NCBI GenBank assembly: GCA_051532055.1 | Contig: JAOPTX010000001.1 | Span: 19,638 to 83,637, forward strand | Reading direction: 5' to 3' | DNA length: 64,000 nt | DNA from: Fibrobacterales bacterium | GTDB lineage: Bacteria > Fibrobacterota > Fibrobacteria > Fibrobacterales > JAOPTW01 | In this document: piece after piece, positions 20,062 through 29,994 of the stretch | Position numbering within the stretch: position 1 is the stretch's first letter | How the letters are laid out: each line of letters starts with the position of its first letter | Notes under the pieces: model-generated | What the model was told of the DNA's origin: nothing | Database searches by the model: none | Seen by the model: the letters and a program-made list of their open reading frames with translations, nothing else | Position numbers and translations under genes: made by a program

Positions 20062-20511
20062 TTAATTGTTTTGTAAATAATCGTTTACAAATAGCCGTCC
20101 AAGGTCGTCAACTGCTTTGAGGAGTTCAAGCTCTTTGTATTCACCCATCTTCCAGGTATCCCATGTCGCAGCATCAACCTGCTTATTGTTAAAGCCCAGA
20201 TAGGCTCCTTGGTGTACTTGGAGAGAAAGATGGGCTACATAGGTACCCTGGTTACTACTAATTGCATTTATAAAGAGCTTTAAAATCACACTACTTGAAT
20301 TTTCAATTTTAAAGCCACGTCTCTTAAGTCGTTTTGAAATAATTTCACGATACTCTTTTTCAAAGTGTTTGAGTTCTGTATTGCAATGTACCCGAACTTC
20401 AACTCCAAACTGTTTGAGGTTACGCAGGGTTTTACCACCATAATAGACATCTGATGCACAAAGAGGGGCTAATAAAAGAAGGAGGGCTATAAGAAATTTC
20501 ATGGTTACCAT
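20062..20511 (-). CDS. Secreted hypothetical protein
   Basis: Signal peptide MKFLIALLLLLAPLCA (probable start 20502); C-terminal AVDDLGRLFVNDYL helix. Confidence 0.7.
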   Translation of the reverse strand: MVTMKFLIALLLLLAPLCASDVYYGGKTLRNLKQFGVEVRVHCNTELKHFEKEYREIISKRLKRRGFKIENSSSVILKLFINAISSNQGTYVAHLSLQVHQGAYLGFNNKQVDAATWDTWKMGEYKELELLKAVDDLGRLFVNDYLQNN

Positions 20512-20640
20512 TTTTGAGGTATTTTAAGTGAAAAATAGCAAAAAGAGCTTTTTTCAAAGGGTTTAATGCATAAAAAAGTTAGTAAGAATTGAGTTGAAAT
20601 CTGGTGATTTTCTATAAAAACACAATTTGTGCCTTTAAAG

Positions 20641-20656
20641 TGTGATCTGTATCATA
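20641..20656. promoter_or_regulatory. CRP/FNR-like box
   Basis: TGTGA-TCTGTA-TCATA (one mismatch) between divergent genes, 30 bp upstream of a TATATTTG box. Confidence 0.45.
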
Positions 20657-20719
20657 CCTCCGTTTTGACCTTTCCTATTTTTAGTTATATTTGTCAGAAA
20701 TAACCAGATAATTGAGATT

Positions 20720-21238
20720 ATGCCAAAATTCCTAATAGCAATCACTATCGCATTTTTATTCATAGGATGTGCAGGAAATCCACAAGTTCGTACTGTTCAT
20801 GTTGAGAAAGAGTTTTCCAGAGCCGGTGGTAAAAATATAAATGAGAAACTTGTCAAATGGCGAGAAATCAAAAAAGAGAAATTGAAAGAAGTTGCAGATA
20901 GTTATTTGGGAGTCCCATACCTATGGGGCGGCAACACGCGTAAAGGTATAGACTGCTCGGCTTTTATTAGAGCAGTGTTTAAAGAGGTCTACGATCTTGA
21001 TATGCCCAGAAGAGCGACATGGCAGGGTGAGTTTGGTGTTTTTATATTCAAATACAATATTCAACCGGGTGATTTGGTCTTTTTTGGTCCCGATCCAGAA
21101 GACATTACTCATGTTGGGCTCTATATGGGGGATGGTAAATTTATAAATGCAACATCCTCTGGCGGAGTAAAATACTCAGGCCTTGATGAAAAGTATTGGG
21201 CTAAGCAATATCAGTTTGCTAAACGATTTGTTTATTAA
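20720..21238 (+). CDS. NlpC/P60 (C40 peptidase) lipoprotein
   Basis: Lipobox FIG-C; YLGVPYLWGG, GIDCSAF, PGDLVFF, HVGLYMG motifs; third catalytic position reads N (FINA). Confidence 0.93.
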   Translation: MPKFLIAITIAFLFIGCAGNPQVRTVHVEKEFSRAGGKNINEKLVKWREIKKEKLKEVADSYLGVPYLWGGNTRKGIDCSAFIRAVFKEVYDLDMPRRATWQGEFGVFIFKYNIQPGDLVFFGPDPEDITHVGLYMGDGKFINATSSGGVKYSGLDEKYWAKQYQFAKRFVY

Positions 21239-21270
21239 AAAGATCTTTAAAGTCTAGCATTATGATTGTG

Positions 21271-21298
21271 GGTTCAGAACATCTCTGAACCTTTTTTT
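21271..21298 (+). terminator. Intrinsic terminator
   Basis: GGTTCAGA-ACATC-TCTGAACC followed by T7, 33 bp after the NlpC/P60 stop. Confidence 0.8.
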
Positions 21299-21479
21299 GT
21301 TTCCTAGATTAATCTGGTGTAGGCAGGTGATTAATTGGTTGGAGTAGCCTTGTAATAGAGTTATAGGCAAAGCTATAGTATGAACTAAAGCTTAAGCTGG
21401 TATACTTTAAATTCAAGTAGTTCGGTTAGCTTGGGTGGGACTGATTAGTTCTTTTATTCCGATCTGTATAGGAAACAAT

Positions 21480-21513
21480 AAAAAAAGGCTGTCCTTAAAT
21501 AGGTAACAGCCTC
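21480..21513 (-). terminator. Probable intrinsic terminator
   Basis: AGGCTGT...ACAGCCT stem with a plus-strand A-run (U-tract on the minus strand) downstream of the gene ending at 21542. Confidence 0.55.
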
Positions 21514-21541
21514 TTCTTTAATAGAGTAATGAGGGGATTAA

Positions 21542-22447
21542 TTAGCGTTTAAGCTTGTTTAATTCACCTTTGAGGTATTGAACCTCTTTCATCAGGAACT
21601 CAACTTTCTCTTCAAGACTCATGTTTGAGGCAGGTGCAGAAGATTGATCATTCATAGATGATGAGTTACTTTTACGGTTTTTTGTTATAGTGAGGGGAAC
21701 ACCATATTTTGTTAATATCTCGTCAAACTTTGATGCCCCAGACCCTGAACCATATACTACTGATTTTACTGCCTTATTTATTTTAGAAAGAAGCTTTGGA
21801 AATTTTTTGTTTACACCCATTACATACTCTTCTTCAGTAAGTGTAAGATCAAGTGTTTTAACCCGTGGGTTTACCGTTGCTTCGTAGTCAAGAATAACTT
21901 TATCAGCGATAATTGCATCAACTTCGTTATTTGCAAGTAAATCATAGGTCTCTGACATTTTGGTAACAAGCTCAACTTTTGCCTTCTTAATAAACTTTTT
22001 AAGAAACGTATTACCTGTTGATGCCGCTACTGCAGCAACATATTTCCCATTTAAGTCTATGGCAGAAAAGACTCGATTATCTTTTTTCTTGGTCATTATT
22101 CCAAGACCCGTTTTATAATACGGTGCAGTGTAGATAATACCGTCTTTCTTATTTTCTTTTACGGTAGAGATAAGAAGGTCGATTCTATCTTTCTTGAGCT
22201 TCTTTTTACCCTCTCTCAGATTAGAAATCTCGATGATTCGAAATCGTACACCGAGTTTTGTTGCAACAGCTGCAGCTAACTCATATTCAACACCTTTTAG
22301 GGTGCTCTGTTTCATTTTACCGAAAGGAGCGGTGCTCGTGAGCATACCTACTGTTAGAGCATCTTTTTCAATTGCTCTAAAGCTGCGACTAAACGCTGGT
22401 GAACATGAGAGGGCAATAATTATTAGTAAAGAAATTAGGTGTTTCAT
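21542..22447 (-). CDS. Family 3 (polar amino acid-type) solute-binding protein with C-terminal coiled-coil tail
   Basis: Signal peptide MKHLISLLIIIAL; LTVG...APF, GVEYELA, DLLIS, YTAPYY, DLNGK-VA, EVDAII-D motifs; no permease or ATPase adjacent. Confidence 0.85.
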   Translation of the reverse strand: MKHLISLLIIIALSCSPAFSRSFRAIEKDALTVGMLTSTAPFGKMKQSTLKGVEYELAAAVATKLGVRFRIIEISNLREGKKKLKKDRIDLLISTVKENKKDGIIYTAPYYKTGLGIMTKKKDNRVFSAIDLNGKYVAAVAASTGNTFLKKFIKKAKVELVTKMSETYDLLANNEVDAIIADKVILDYEATVNPRVKTLDLTLTEEEYVMGVNKKFPKLLSKINKAVKSVVYGSGSGASKFDEILTKYGVPLTITKNRKSNSSSMNDQSSAPASNMSLEEKVEFLMKEVQYLKGELNKLKR

Positions 22448-22470
22448 TCTCTTCTCCATTTCTTTTGAAT

Positions 22471-24168
22471 CTATTTAAGTTCAGTAACACATCTAAAGCC
22501 AATAAATTTAGCGCCTTTAGATGAAGCCATATCGACGAGTCGATCAGGGTTAGTACAGCGTTCAGATGGCATATTGTATGAACAACCAGCATGAAAGGCG
22601 GTTGAAGCACTTTCACCAACACCCTCTTCTACAACCCATTCTGAAACATTGCCTAAAATGTGATTTAAGGTGTTTCCTTGATTGATCGAGGTTACAGCTT
22701 GCGGTTTGTCTGTAGAGTTCACAATGCTTTTCGGGGCGACACTTGATGTACTGAATTCTTTCTTCCACTCTTCTGCTGTAGGGAGACGTTTGTTTTTCCA
22801 TTGAGCATAAGCCATAGCATTTGCATAACTCACATTTACAACAGGATAATCTTTATATTCAGGATTTCTGAAATAGTCTTCAATTTCTGGAAATCCAGGG
22901 TCGATAGGATAAGTAGTGCGAGTACGGTCACAAAATTCTTTGTATTCAGCATTAGTCACTTCAGATCTGTCAAAAATGAGAGCTGCTTCAGCGTTTTTGG
23001 CTGCCGTTGAGTCATAGCTAAAGCTTGGTGTATACTCACCTTGTGTCACAGGGCGCGATTCAGATTTTTTACCAATTAGATCAAATGAGAGCGCGGCAGA
23101 GAGATTAAAGCCGATGTATTTTTCAGTTTTGTCACCCATTACTGAAAAAGGAATCCCTGCTTGGATTGTGAAGCTGTTAGTGACATCAAAAATAGCACCG
23201 ATTTCTAAGCCTGCTCTAAATGATACAGAGTCGAGAACGGTTCCAGCACTATCTTTTTCTAATTGATAATTACCATTTATAGAAAGAAATGGGAGAACAG
23301 GGCCAAGCAAGTATCCTGCTTGAATATCCGCAGTAACAATGTCGCCTAACTTAATCTGGTTGTTATCAATATCAGAAAAATTGTATTCATATCCCAATTG
23401 ACCAAGAAATTCTGCTCCATAAAAACTTTGAAGAGTAATGAGGTCTGCTGCAATGGAGTATGCATTTGTTGTATGGCCAACTTCATTTTGGTCACCATTC
23501 GCAAATTTAAAATCAACGTTTATGGCAGAATTTATTGGGCGATGAGTGTATTTAAAGCCTGCGGTTATATCCATTCGAGAAAAGGCCTTCTCAGCATTGT
23601 CTTTGCCAATTGACGCGTAGGGAAGGCGCGCATGTAATTCAATATTCATGGGGAGTCCCACGCGAAGAATAATGGGCATCATATACTGCTTGCCTAAATT
23701 GTCGTTAGCATAAGAAACATCCTCGCCGGTATTCACTACAGTGGTTACATTCTCATCATTGGTTTCTGTTTTCGTCCCTGTTTGGTAGCTACCGTTTCTA
23801 TGTTGATAAGCATATCCCAATTCAAACTGAAGGTAGCCTGGAGCTACAGAAAGATTTTCATTAAGGAATGATTTGTTGCGGTACAAAAAGTCATGCTCAA
23901 TTTTTTCAGTTTCATCGAGGTCTATTGAGACTTCGTATTTTGCAGACTTGAAAATGGGTTTAATGGGCTTAAGAGTGACATTGTGTTTACCCAATACCAT
24001 TTTGTCGTTAGTATAGGGCGTTACCTCTTGCTCTGTAATGTCGTTTAAAATAACCGTAGCACTATCAGGTGTAGTGGTTACTTCGAGTGTGCCAAATCGT
24101 GGACTTGCAGCGAAAGTCTGTATGGCTAGTATTGATGCTGTTGCGGTAATTATAGTTATTTTTTTCAC
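22471..24168 (-). CDS. PEGA domain + outer-membrane beta-barrel-like + FGE-sulfatase (SUMF1-like) fusion protein
   Basis: Probable GTG start at 24168 with signal peptide; GTLEVTTTPDSATVILN (PEGA); central alternating beta-strands (LQFELGYAY, LRVGL-NIELHARLPY, QLGYEYNF); C-terminal EVTNAEY, PVVNVS, KRLPTAEEW, GNVSEWV, IGFRCV. Confidence 0.78.
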   Translation of the reverse strand: MKKITIITATASILAIQTFAASPRFGTLEVTTTPDSATVILNDITEQEVTPYTNDKMVLGKHNVTLKPIKPIFKSAKYEVSIDLDETEKIEHDFLYRNKSFLNENLSVAPGYLQFELGYAYQHRNGSYQTGTKTETNDENVTTVVNTGEDVSYANDNLGKQYMMPIILRVGLPMNIELHARLPYASIGKDNAEKAFSRMDITAGFKYTHRPINSAINVDFKFANGDQNEVGHTTNAYSIAADLITLQSFYGAEFLGQLGYEYNFSDIDNNQIKLGDIVTADIQAGYLLGPVLPFLSINGNYQLEKDSAGTVLDSVSFRAGLEIGAIFDVTNSFTIQAGIPFSVMGDKTEKYIGFNLSAALSFDLIGKKSESRPVTQGEYTPSFSYDSTAAKNAEAALIFDRSEVTNAEYKEFCDRTRTTYPIDPGFPEIEDYFRNPEYKDYPVVNVSYANAMAYAQWKNKRLPTAEEWKKEFSTSSVAPKSIVNSTDKPQAVTSINQGNTLNHILGNVSEWVVEEGVGESASTAFHAGCSYNMPSERCTNPDRLVDMASSKGAKFIGFRCVTELK

Positions 24169-24283
24169 TGTTACTATTCTCTTCGTTTTATAGTGATAAA
24201 TGTCAATAAGCACTTCAAAAATAGTATAAACTGAGTAAATTTAATGTTAAATTCGCAAATCATCTATATACGGTTTAACTTTT

Positions 24284-25603
24284 ATGATAAAGAAAATTTC
24301 TTGGCTAGAGGGAATGGCCCTGCTTCCCCATCATTTTCAGCAGGCTGAAAAGTATTATGAATCTCTTATTTCTTCTAAAATTATTGCACTTAACCCCCAT
24401 GCATTTGGCTTCACTTCGCTTACAGTAGACTCATATGCACTTGCAAATGGTGTGTTTTCTATCCAAGAGTGCAAAGGGATATTCCCGAGTGGTCTTTATT
24501 TTGAGTCTAATGACGTAGAAAATCTTGTTGAATCTCGTTCAGTGGGTGAAATGTTCCCTGCTGAGAAGGAGACTCTAGACGTATTTCTTGCAGCTCCGCT
24601 TGTTGAAGATACGAAAGCTAATGTGAGTGATGATAAATTGTCCAGCTCCGCACTCTTCATAAAAGATCAAAAAACAGTTCCCGATGTAAACACGGGCTCT
24701 AATTCAAAAGCAGTTACCTATTCAAAATTGAATTTAAAAGTCGTATTTGAAGGTGAGCAAATAACTGGATATGAAGTCCTTAAAGTGGCAGAGCTCAAAA
24801 GAAACTTGCAAGCTCAAATAGCAGTGAGTGATACTTTCATGCCAATAACGCTGGCTCCTGTAGCGGCTCCCTATGTACAACAGAATTTAAAAAAGGTTAT
24901 TGACAAAGCAACAGAGAAACAGACTTGGCTTATTGGCCAAAACTTGGTAATGGGTGGAGAGAATCTCTCGAGTTGTATGCTCTTAATGACTCTGAATCAG
25001 TTTTTACCTGTGTTAAATAGTTACTATATAAATTCTAATACTTCTACAGAACAATTATATATCAAGTTGTTAGAATTTGCGGGGGCATTATGCACTACGA
25101 ATCCTGTGGTAAAATCAAGTGAACTGCCTATTTATAACCATGCAAGTCAGCAACATTGTTTCGGAAAGCTCTTTGATGGACTTAAGGCTCTTCTGGAAGC
25201 ATCTGTTGATCTTCGCTATGAATTAACAAAAATGAAACAGAGTACAGCGGGTGAGTATCAGGGTGATTTAACCAATGCTAATCCGTCAATTTATTCTGAG
25301 GTATTTCTTGCTATTGATTCTCCACTTGATACCCAGACATTAGTTACTCAAGTGAAGCAGATAGGTAGAGCGGCACCGATTGACAAACTCAAGAGCCTTG
25401 TTGTGTCAGCACTTCCTGGTATAGATATTGATTATGTTCTCGACCCGCCGCTTACTATTAGCCCAAAACCCGAGAAAACCTATTTTAAACTATCCAATAC
25501 TCATCCTCTGTGGAAAGATGTAGTTGCAACTCGAATATTTGGGCTGCACCTTCCTCCTGCAATAACGGTAACTGCAGTGGAAATCATTGGACTTAAATCT
25601 TAA
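24284..25603 (+). CDS. tssK: T6SS baseplate subunit TssK
   Basis: WLEGMALLPHHFQQ N-terminal motif, GIFPSG, YNH, SALPGI; first gene of the T6SS operon. Confidence 0.92.
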   Translation: MIKKISWLEGMALLPHHFQQAEKYYESLISSKIIALNPHAFGFTSLTVDSYALANGVFSIQECKGIFPSGLYFESNDVENLVESRSVGEMFPAEKETLDVFLAAPLVEDTKANVSDDKLSSSALFIKDQKTVPDVNTGSNSKAVTYSKLNLKVVFEGEQITGYEVLKVAELKRNLQAQIAVSDTFMPITLAPVAAPYVQQNLKKVIDKATEKQTWLIGQNLVMGGENLSSCMLLMTLNQFLPVLNSYYINSNTSTEQLYIKLLEFAGALCTTNPVVKSSELPIYNHASQQHCFGKLFDGLKALLEASVDLRYELTKMKQSTAGEYQGDLTNANPSIYSEVFLAIDSPLDTQTLVTQVKQIGRAAPIDKLKSLVVSALPGIDIDYVLDPPLTISPKPEKTYFKLSNTHPLWKDVVATRIFGLHLPPAITVTAVEIIGLKS

Positions 25604-25623
25604 AAGAGTATGAAAGGCAGACA

Positions 25624-26241
25624 ATGAATAGTTCTTTTATAAAGCATGCTGCTCCCTTAATTAACATGGGGGTTCAGATTCAGAGTGTTCAATTTGAATC
25701 GCCAGCAAAGCTACAAGAAGATATCCTTGAAAAAACTGAAGCATTTGTTGAAGCGGCAATTGCAACGGGTAAAAGTGATGGGGAAGTTGAAGAGGCGAAA
25801 TATGGTCTTTTGTCATTTCTTGATGAACTCATATTTAAAAACAGTAGCATAGGCTATGAATGGCTTGAATATCGTCTTATGATGAAAGTTTTTAATGATC
25901 AGCTCGCAGGTGAAAGCTTTTTTACAAAATTTGACACCTTTGTAAATGATGATACAAAACGAGATTTAGCTGAATTCTATGGAGTATTGATGCTCCTTGG
26001 ATTTCAAGGAAAATTTCAGCTCGAAGGCCTTGAGGGACTTCAACTTAAAATTAAAGAGGTAACAGATATACTGTATCCTAATGCAGAAGGCGCGGTTCCT
26101 GACCTCTCTAAATTTGCTACCATAGCCCCAGGGACTCTCCCTCGTGAAAAAAGTGGGAAATCTTTTCTACTCTACGCTTTTGGGTTGGTAATACTCTCTG
26201 GAATTGCGTATATGGCACTTCTTACATTCGCTCAGGTATAA
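25624..26241 (+). CDS. tssL: T6SS membrane complex protein TssL (DotU family)
   Basis: AKYGLLSFLDE, W...L...F-DQLAGESFF, LLGFQGKF, C-terminal TM helix, no OmpA domain. Confidence 0.92.
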   Translation: MNSSFIKHAAPLINMGVQIQSVQFESPAKLQEDILEKTEAFVEAAIATGKSDGEVEEAKYGLLSFLDELIFKNSSIGYEWLEYRLMMKVFNDQLAGESFFTKFDTFVNDDTKRDLAEFYGVLMLLGFQGKFQLEGLEGLQLKIKEVTDILYPNAEGAVPDLSKFATIAPGTLPREKSGKSFLLYAFGLVILSGIAYMALLTFAQV

Positions 26242-26258
26242 CAAGAATAGGACTATTA

Positions 26259-29200
26259 ATGAAAGCGATAAAATCACTCTTTTTTTGGATCTGCGTAGGC
26301 ATCATAGCTTTGGCTGTAGGTTTTTATTTTACAGCACCCATGATGGGTCTTGATGACTCTCTTTATAATATACTGATTTCAGCGGCTATAGCAGTGCTGG
26401 GGCTCTCTATCAGTTTTTTAATAAAGATGAAAAAGCATTATAACTCTATTCAAAAGAAAAAACCAAAGTCTAATGCTGCAGAGTGGGAGACAAGTTGGCA
26501 AAAACCATTAGCTGATGAAACAAAAGAAATTCTCAAACGCATTCAAGAGGTTTACAAAAAAACCAATGTAAGTATTGAGAAAACTAAATTTTTTCTTGTT
26601 ATAGGCCAAAAAGGTTCTGGTAAGAGTACACTTATTCGTGAAAGCGGCCATCACATGCGTTATATCTTTCCTACAGCTCGCGATAAGCAGCAGCGAAGAC
26701 AGATATTCTTTAATTGGAGTGTTTCGGATAATGCAGTCTATATAGAGGCTCCCAGTGATTATCTGGCTAATGGAGACAAAGTTGCTCAAGAACTTCTCTT
26801 TTTGTTAGAACTTCTTCGTGATGAACCTAAGAAAAAAACGCTCGATGGTATTATAGTAACTGAGAAGGTTCACGATTTAGCCGATAACGATAACGCTAAA
26901 GCTCGTGCACAGGTTAATAGAAAGACAGTTGAAGGAGTTATGGCTCAGATTCAATTGGAACTTCCCGTCTATGTTGCTCTGACTAATCTTGATACACTAC
27001 CAGGTGCCAAACTCTATTGCGATGCACATGAAGAGAGTTTTCTAAATCAAAGCTTTGGTGTTTCAATAAAACATTCTGAAGCAAAAGATACCCGTTCTGT
27101 TTTTGATAAACGGTATGGTGAACTCCTTGATGGTCTCTATGATAATCAAATGTTTAGTATGTATTCCCAACAAAAAAAGGGAATTGCTCCTGTCGAGACC
27201 TATGCATTTGTAAGAGGCCTTGAGGAACGCAGAGCTAACATTGGTGATTATGTCGAGATACTTTGTAAAAAAGGTTTGACTAAAGAGATAAGTTATTTCC
27301 GTGGTCTTTATTTTACTGGAGTAGAGTCAGTGGCGAAAGATCAGCCATCGGCAGCGCCAGTCGCACCGGCTCTTGACCCTTTTGGAGGAGCTGCCTTTTT
27401 TGAAGATGAAGGCTCGACAGTTTCTGCTGCACCAGAAGTGAATGCCATTGAAGAGCCTGAGCCAGTACTTGGTGGTCTCAGTTATTTCGCCCATGCTTTT
27501 CTTGCATGGGTTGAAGGAGAAAAAGAGCTTGCTCGGTATCCCAAATATCGTCAAAGTAGTATGTCTCGTTCCGCTGCCCTCATCTCATTTCTATTGTTCC
27601 TTGGGGCTGCAGGTGTTGCAGGTTATGGGGTATATGGATTTACTATGAGCAAGGTATTGTTGAATAGATGGGAAGAATTAGTTAATGATGCCCGACGCCT
27701 CAAGTGGAGTCAGCCAAAAACTATAATTCGCGAATTTTCGAAATATGATGGATTGAGATTAGCAATTGAGGATATAGAAGAGAATAGATCGCTCAAAATT
27801 GCTCCAGGCTTCTATCCAGATGGAAAAATTTTACCGAAAGCAGAAAAGAAACATATTGTACTTTCTCATGCATTAACTAGAAACTGCCTTAAAACTCTTG
27901 AAAAAGAACTGAATAATAGGCTGACTGCTGGTGTGAGAGATTCAGAGAGAACAGAGGTGTATAACGATTTTAAATTATATGCTTCATTAACTACTGCCGG
28001 TAAGGGCAATTACGATAAGATGAATGTGGACTCTGTTGGGGCAGGACTTGCAAGAAAGTGGTATAAGCTGTTAGGAATAACACCATATACTGCATCTCAA
28101 CATATTAAAGAGACATTACCATTGAATGCGCGGCTCTATGCTCAGTATTTAATAGATGAAAGAGTCCATAAAGGGAGTAAACTTTATGTAGCAAACCCTG
28201 CACTTGTCAAAAAGGCACGAAGAGCTTTAGCAGGCGAGAGTGAAGTTGAAGCAATTTATCAAGCTATGTTAGAGGCGGGAAATAGTGCACCAGCACTGCG
28301 TTTATCTGACCTGGGTATTGAAGAGAATAGTATAATTATTAATGCCGGTGAGGTTCCTGCAGCTTATACAAAAGCCGTATACGACTCAGTTATAAAACCA
28401 TTCTTTACTAAGACTAATAGTGCTCAGGGGGATTGGGTTCTAGGAAAAGATAAAGAGAAATCTACAGTGAGTAAAGAACTGGAAGAGAAAGTGATGAACA
28501 AGTATTATCGTGATTATGCATATACTTGGAGAAGCTTTATTAAAAATATCACCACAAAACGTACGCCAGATTTACAAAGACTCTCAGAAAAACTTATTTC
28601 ACTTGCAAGTGCTTCTCAAGACGAAACATTACTTGGCCTTCGGGCATTTATAGAGCATGTTTCGATAAATACAAATCTTGTGATGGACCTTTCTGGAGCA
28701 AAAAACCTCGCCAATAAAGTGAGTGGCCCCAACAAAAAGCTAAATAATAAAATGAAAGTAGTACGCCGGTATCAAGACGATATACCTGAATCAATGCTCT
28801 CTCCACAAGAACGACTTTCTAAAAAGTTTAGTGGTTTCTCAGTACTTACCGAACAAGTGCGAGGGAAAAAATTTGATGACTATTTTGAGGATCTTGTAAA
28901 AACTTCGAAGTTTTTAATTGAAACTACAGGTAATCCAAATGAAGCAATAACATTCTTAGGGGAGCTATTTAAAGGCGATCGAAAGAATCCTGCAAATCAT
29001 GCATATTCGGCGGCCCAAGCATATATAGATGAAGTGCCAGCACGGCAACAAGATCTTCTTAAAAATACTCTTCTCCTTATTGTCAGAGAGGTAGTCAACT
29101 CAGTAGTTTCCTATGCTTCTATAGGCCTGCAAGAAGAGTATGAAAAACAAGTGGTAACTAATTATGAGTCATACTTACAGGCATCTTTTCCCTTTGATCA

Positions 29201-29855
29201 TGAGGAACGAGAAAAAATGGCTTCACTTGAAGATCTTACCTTTATATTTGGAGGAAAATCTGGGACCTTCACTAATTTTTATAAGAAAATCTATGACTTT
29301 ATTGATATGAAGAGTGATTACTGTGGTTTAAAAGAGTGGAAGGGGATTTCTATGCCTTTTTCGAGTAAAGCTCTTAAAGGTATTCATAAAGCATTTAAGA
29401 TACAAGAAGCACTCTTTCATCCTAATGTCGATAGATTAAGACAATATCAGCTTAAACACAAATTTATGGCTGTAAAAAGAGCGAACCTTGTTATGCGCTA
29501 CGGCAATGAAGAGTATTCAGTGATGCGTGGTGAAGATCAAAAGGTTTTTACTATGAAATGGCCAGATCAGAAACTTGAAGGGATTTCAGTTGAAGTCGAG
29601 ACAGTTGATGACACCTACACAAAAAATTACAAAGGTGTATGGGGTTTGATTTCTATGGTTAGAGATATTGGGGAGAAGCGAAATCAAAATACTGTAGAGA
29701 TTAATTGGCCGATAAAAGCAAAATCTTATTACATCAGTGTTGACGGTGAAATCCAGGTAGACCGGCGCTTTAATCCGCTCATTGTCAGAGACTTTTTCAT
29801 TTTGCCGATTGAATACACGTTGGTTGAAGAGCCGAATTTAGAAGAAAAAGAGTAA
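26259..29855 (+). CDS. tssM: T6SS membrane complex protein TssM (IcmF family)
   Basis: Two N-terminal TM helices, Walker A GQKGSGKST, LDGII, LPVYVALTNLD-LPG, FRGLYFTG, third TM, periplasmic VPAAYT, DWVLG, YYRDYA-TW, FPF, GVWGL. Confidence 0.92.
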   Translation: MKAIKSLFFWICVGIIALAVGFYFTAPMMGLDDSLYNILISAAIAVLGLSISFLIKMKKHYNSIQKKKPKSNAAEWETSWQKPLADETKEILKRIQEVYKKTNVSIEKTKFFLVIGQKGSGKSTLIRESGHHMRYIFPTARDKQQRRQIFFNWSVSDNAVYIEAPSDYLANGDKVAQELLFLLELLRDEPKKKTLDGIIVTEKVHDLADNDNAKARAQVNRKTVEGVMAQIQLELPVYVALTNLDTLPGAKLYCDAHEESFLNQSFGVSIKHSEAKDTRSVFDKRYGELLDGLYDNQMFSMYSQQKKGIAPVETYAFVRGLEERRANIGDYVEILCKKGLTKEISYFRGLYFTGVESVAKDQPSAAPVAPALDPFGGAAFFEDEGSTVSAAPEVNAIEEPEPVLGGLSYFAHAFLAWVEGEKELARYPKYRQSSMSRSAALISFLLFLGAAGVAGYGVYGFTMSKVLLNRWEELVNDARRLKWSQPKTIIREFSKYDGLRLAIEDIEENRSLKIAPGFYPDGKILPKAEKKHIVLSHALTRNCLKTLEKELNNRLTAGVRDSERTEVYNDFKLYASLTTAGKGNYDKMNVDSVGAGLARKWYKLLGITPYTASQHIKETLPLNARLYAQYLIDERVHKGSKLYVANPALVKKARRALAGESEVEAIYQAMLEAGNSAPALRLSDLGIEENSIIINAGEVPAAYTKAVYDSVIKPFFTKTNSAQGDWVLGKDKEKSTVSKELEEKVMNKYYRDYAYTWRSFIKNITTKRTPDLQRLSEKLISLASASQDETLLGLRAFIEHVSINTNLVMDLSGAKNLANKVSGPNKKLNNKMKVVRRYQDDIPESMLSPQERLSKKFSGFSVLTEQVRGKKFDDYFEDLVKTSKFLIETTGNPNEAITFLGELFKGDRKNPANHAYSAAQAYIDEVPARQQDLLKNTLLLIVREVVNSVVSYASIGLQEEYEKQVVTNYESYLQASFPFDHEEREKMASLEDLTFIFGGKSGTFTNFYKKIYDFIDMKSDYCGLKEWKGISMPFSSKALKGIHKAFKIQEALFHPNVDRLRQYQLKHKFMAVKRANLVMRYGNEEYSVMRGEDQKVFTMKWPDQKLEGISVEVETVDDTYTKNYKGVWGLISMVRDIGEKRNQNTVEINWPIKAKSYYISVDGEIQVDRRFNPLIVRDFFILPIEYTLVEEPNLEEKE

Positions 29856-29857
29856 AA

Positions 29858-29873
29858 AGTGATGACTGTCACA
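29858..29873. promoter_or_regulatory. CRP/FNR-like box upstream of tssA
   Basis: AGTGA-TGACTG-TCACA (one mismatch) with AAA flank in the 139 bp tssM-tssA gap. Confidence 0.45.
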
Positions 29874-29994
29874 CTCAAAGGTGTCGGAATGTAAATTAGA
29901 ATTAACACTTTCATTTTTACCTTGATAGTTGTTATATTCTCTCATCATAAGTTGGTAGTTTAAACATTCAGTAAAAAAGATACGAAAAATAATT

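Noticed and set aside
20720..21238. NlpC/P60 protein as a T6SS amidase effector
   Set aside because: It has a lipoprotein signal, its own terminator and no adjacent co-transcribed immunity-like gene; more likely a housekeeping cell-wall endopeptidase
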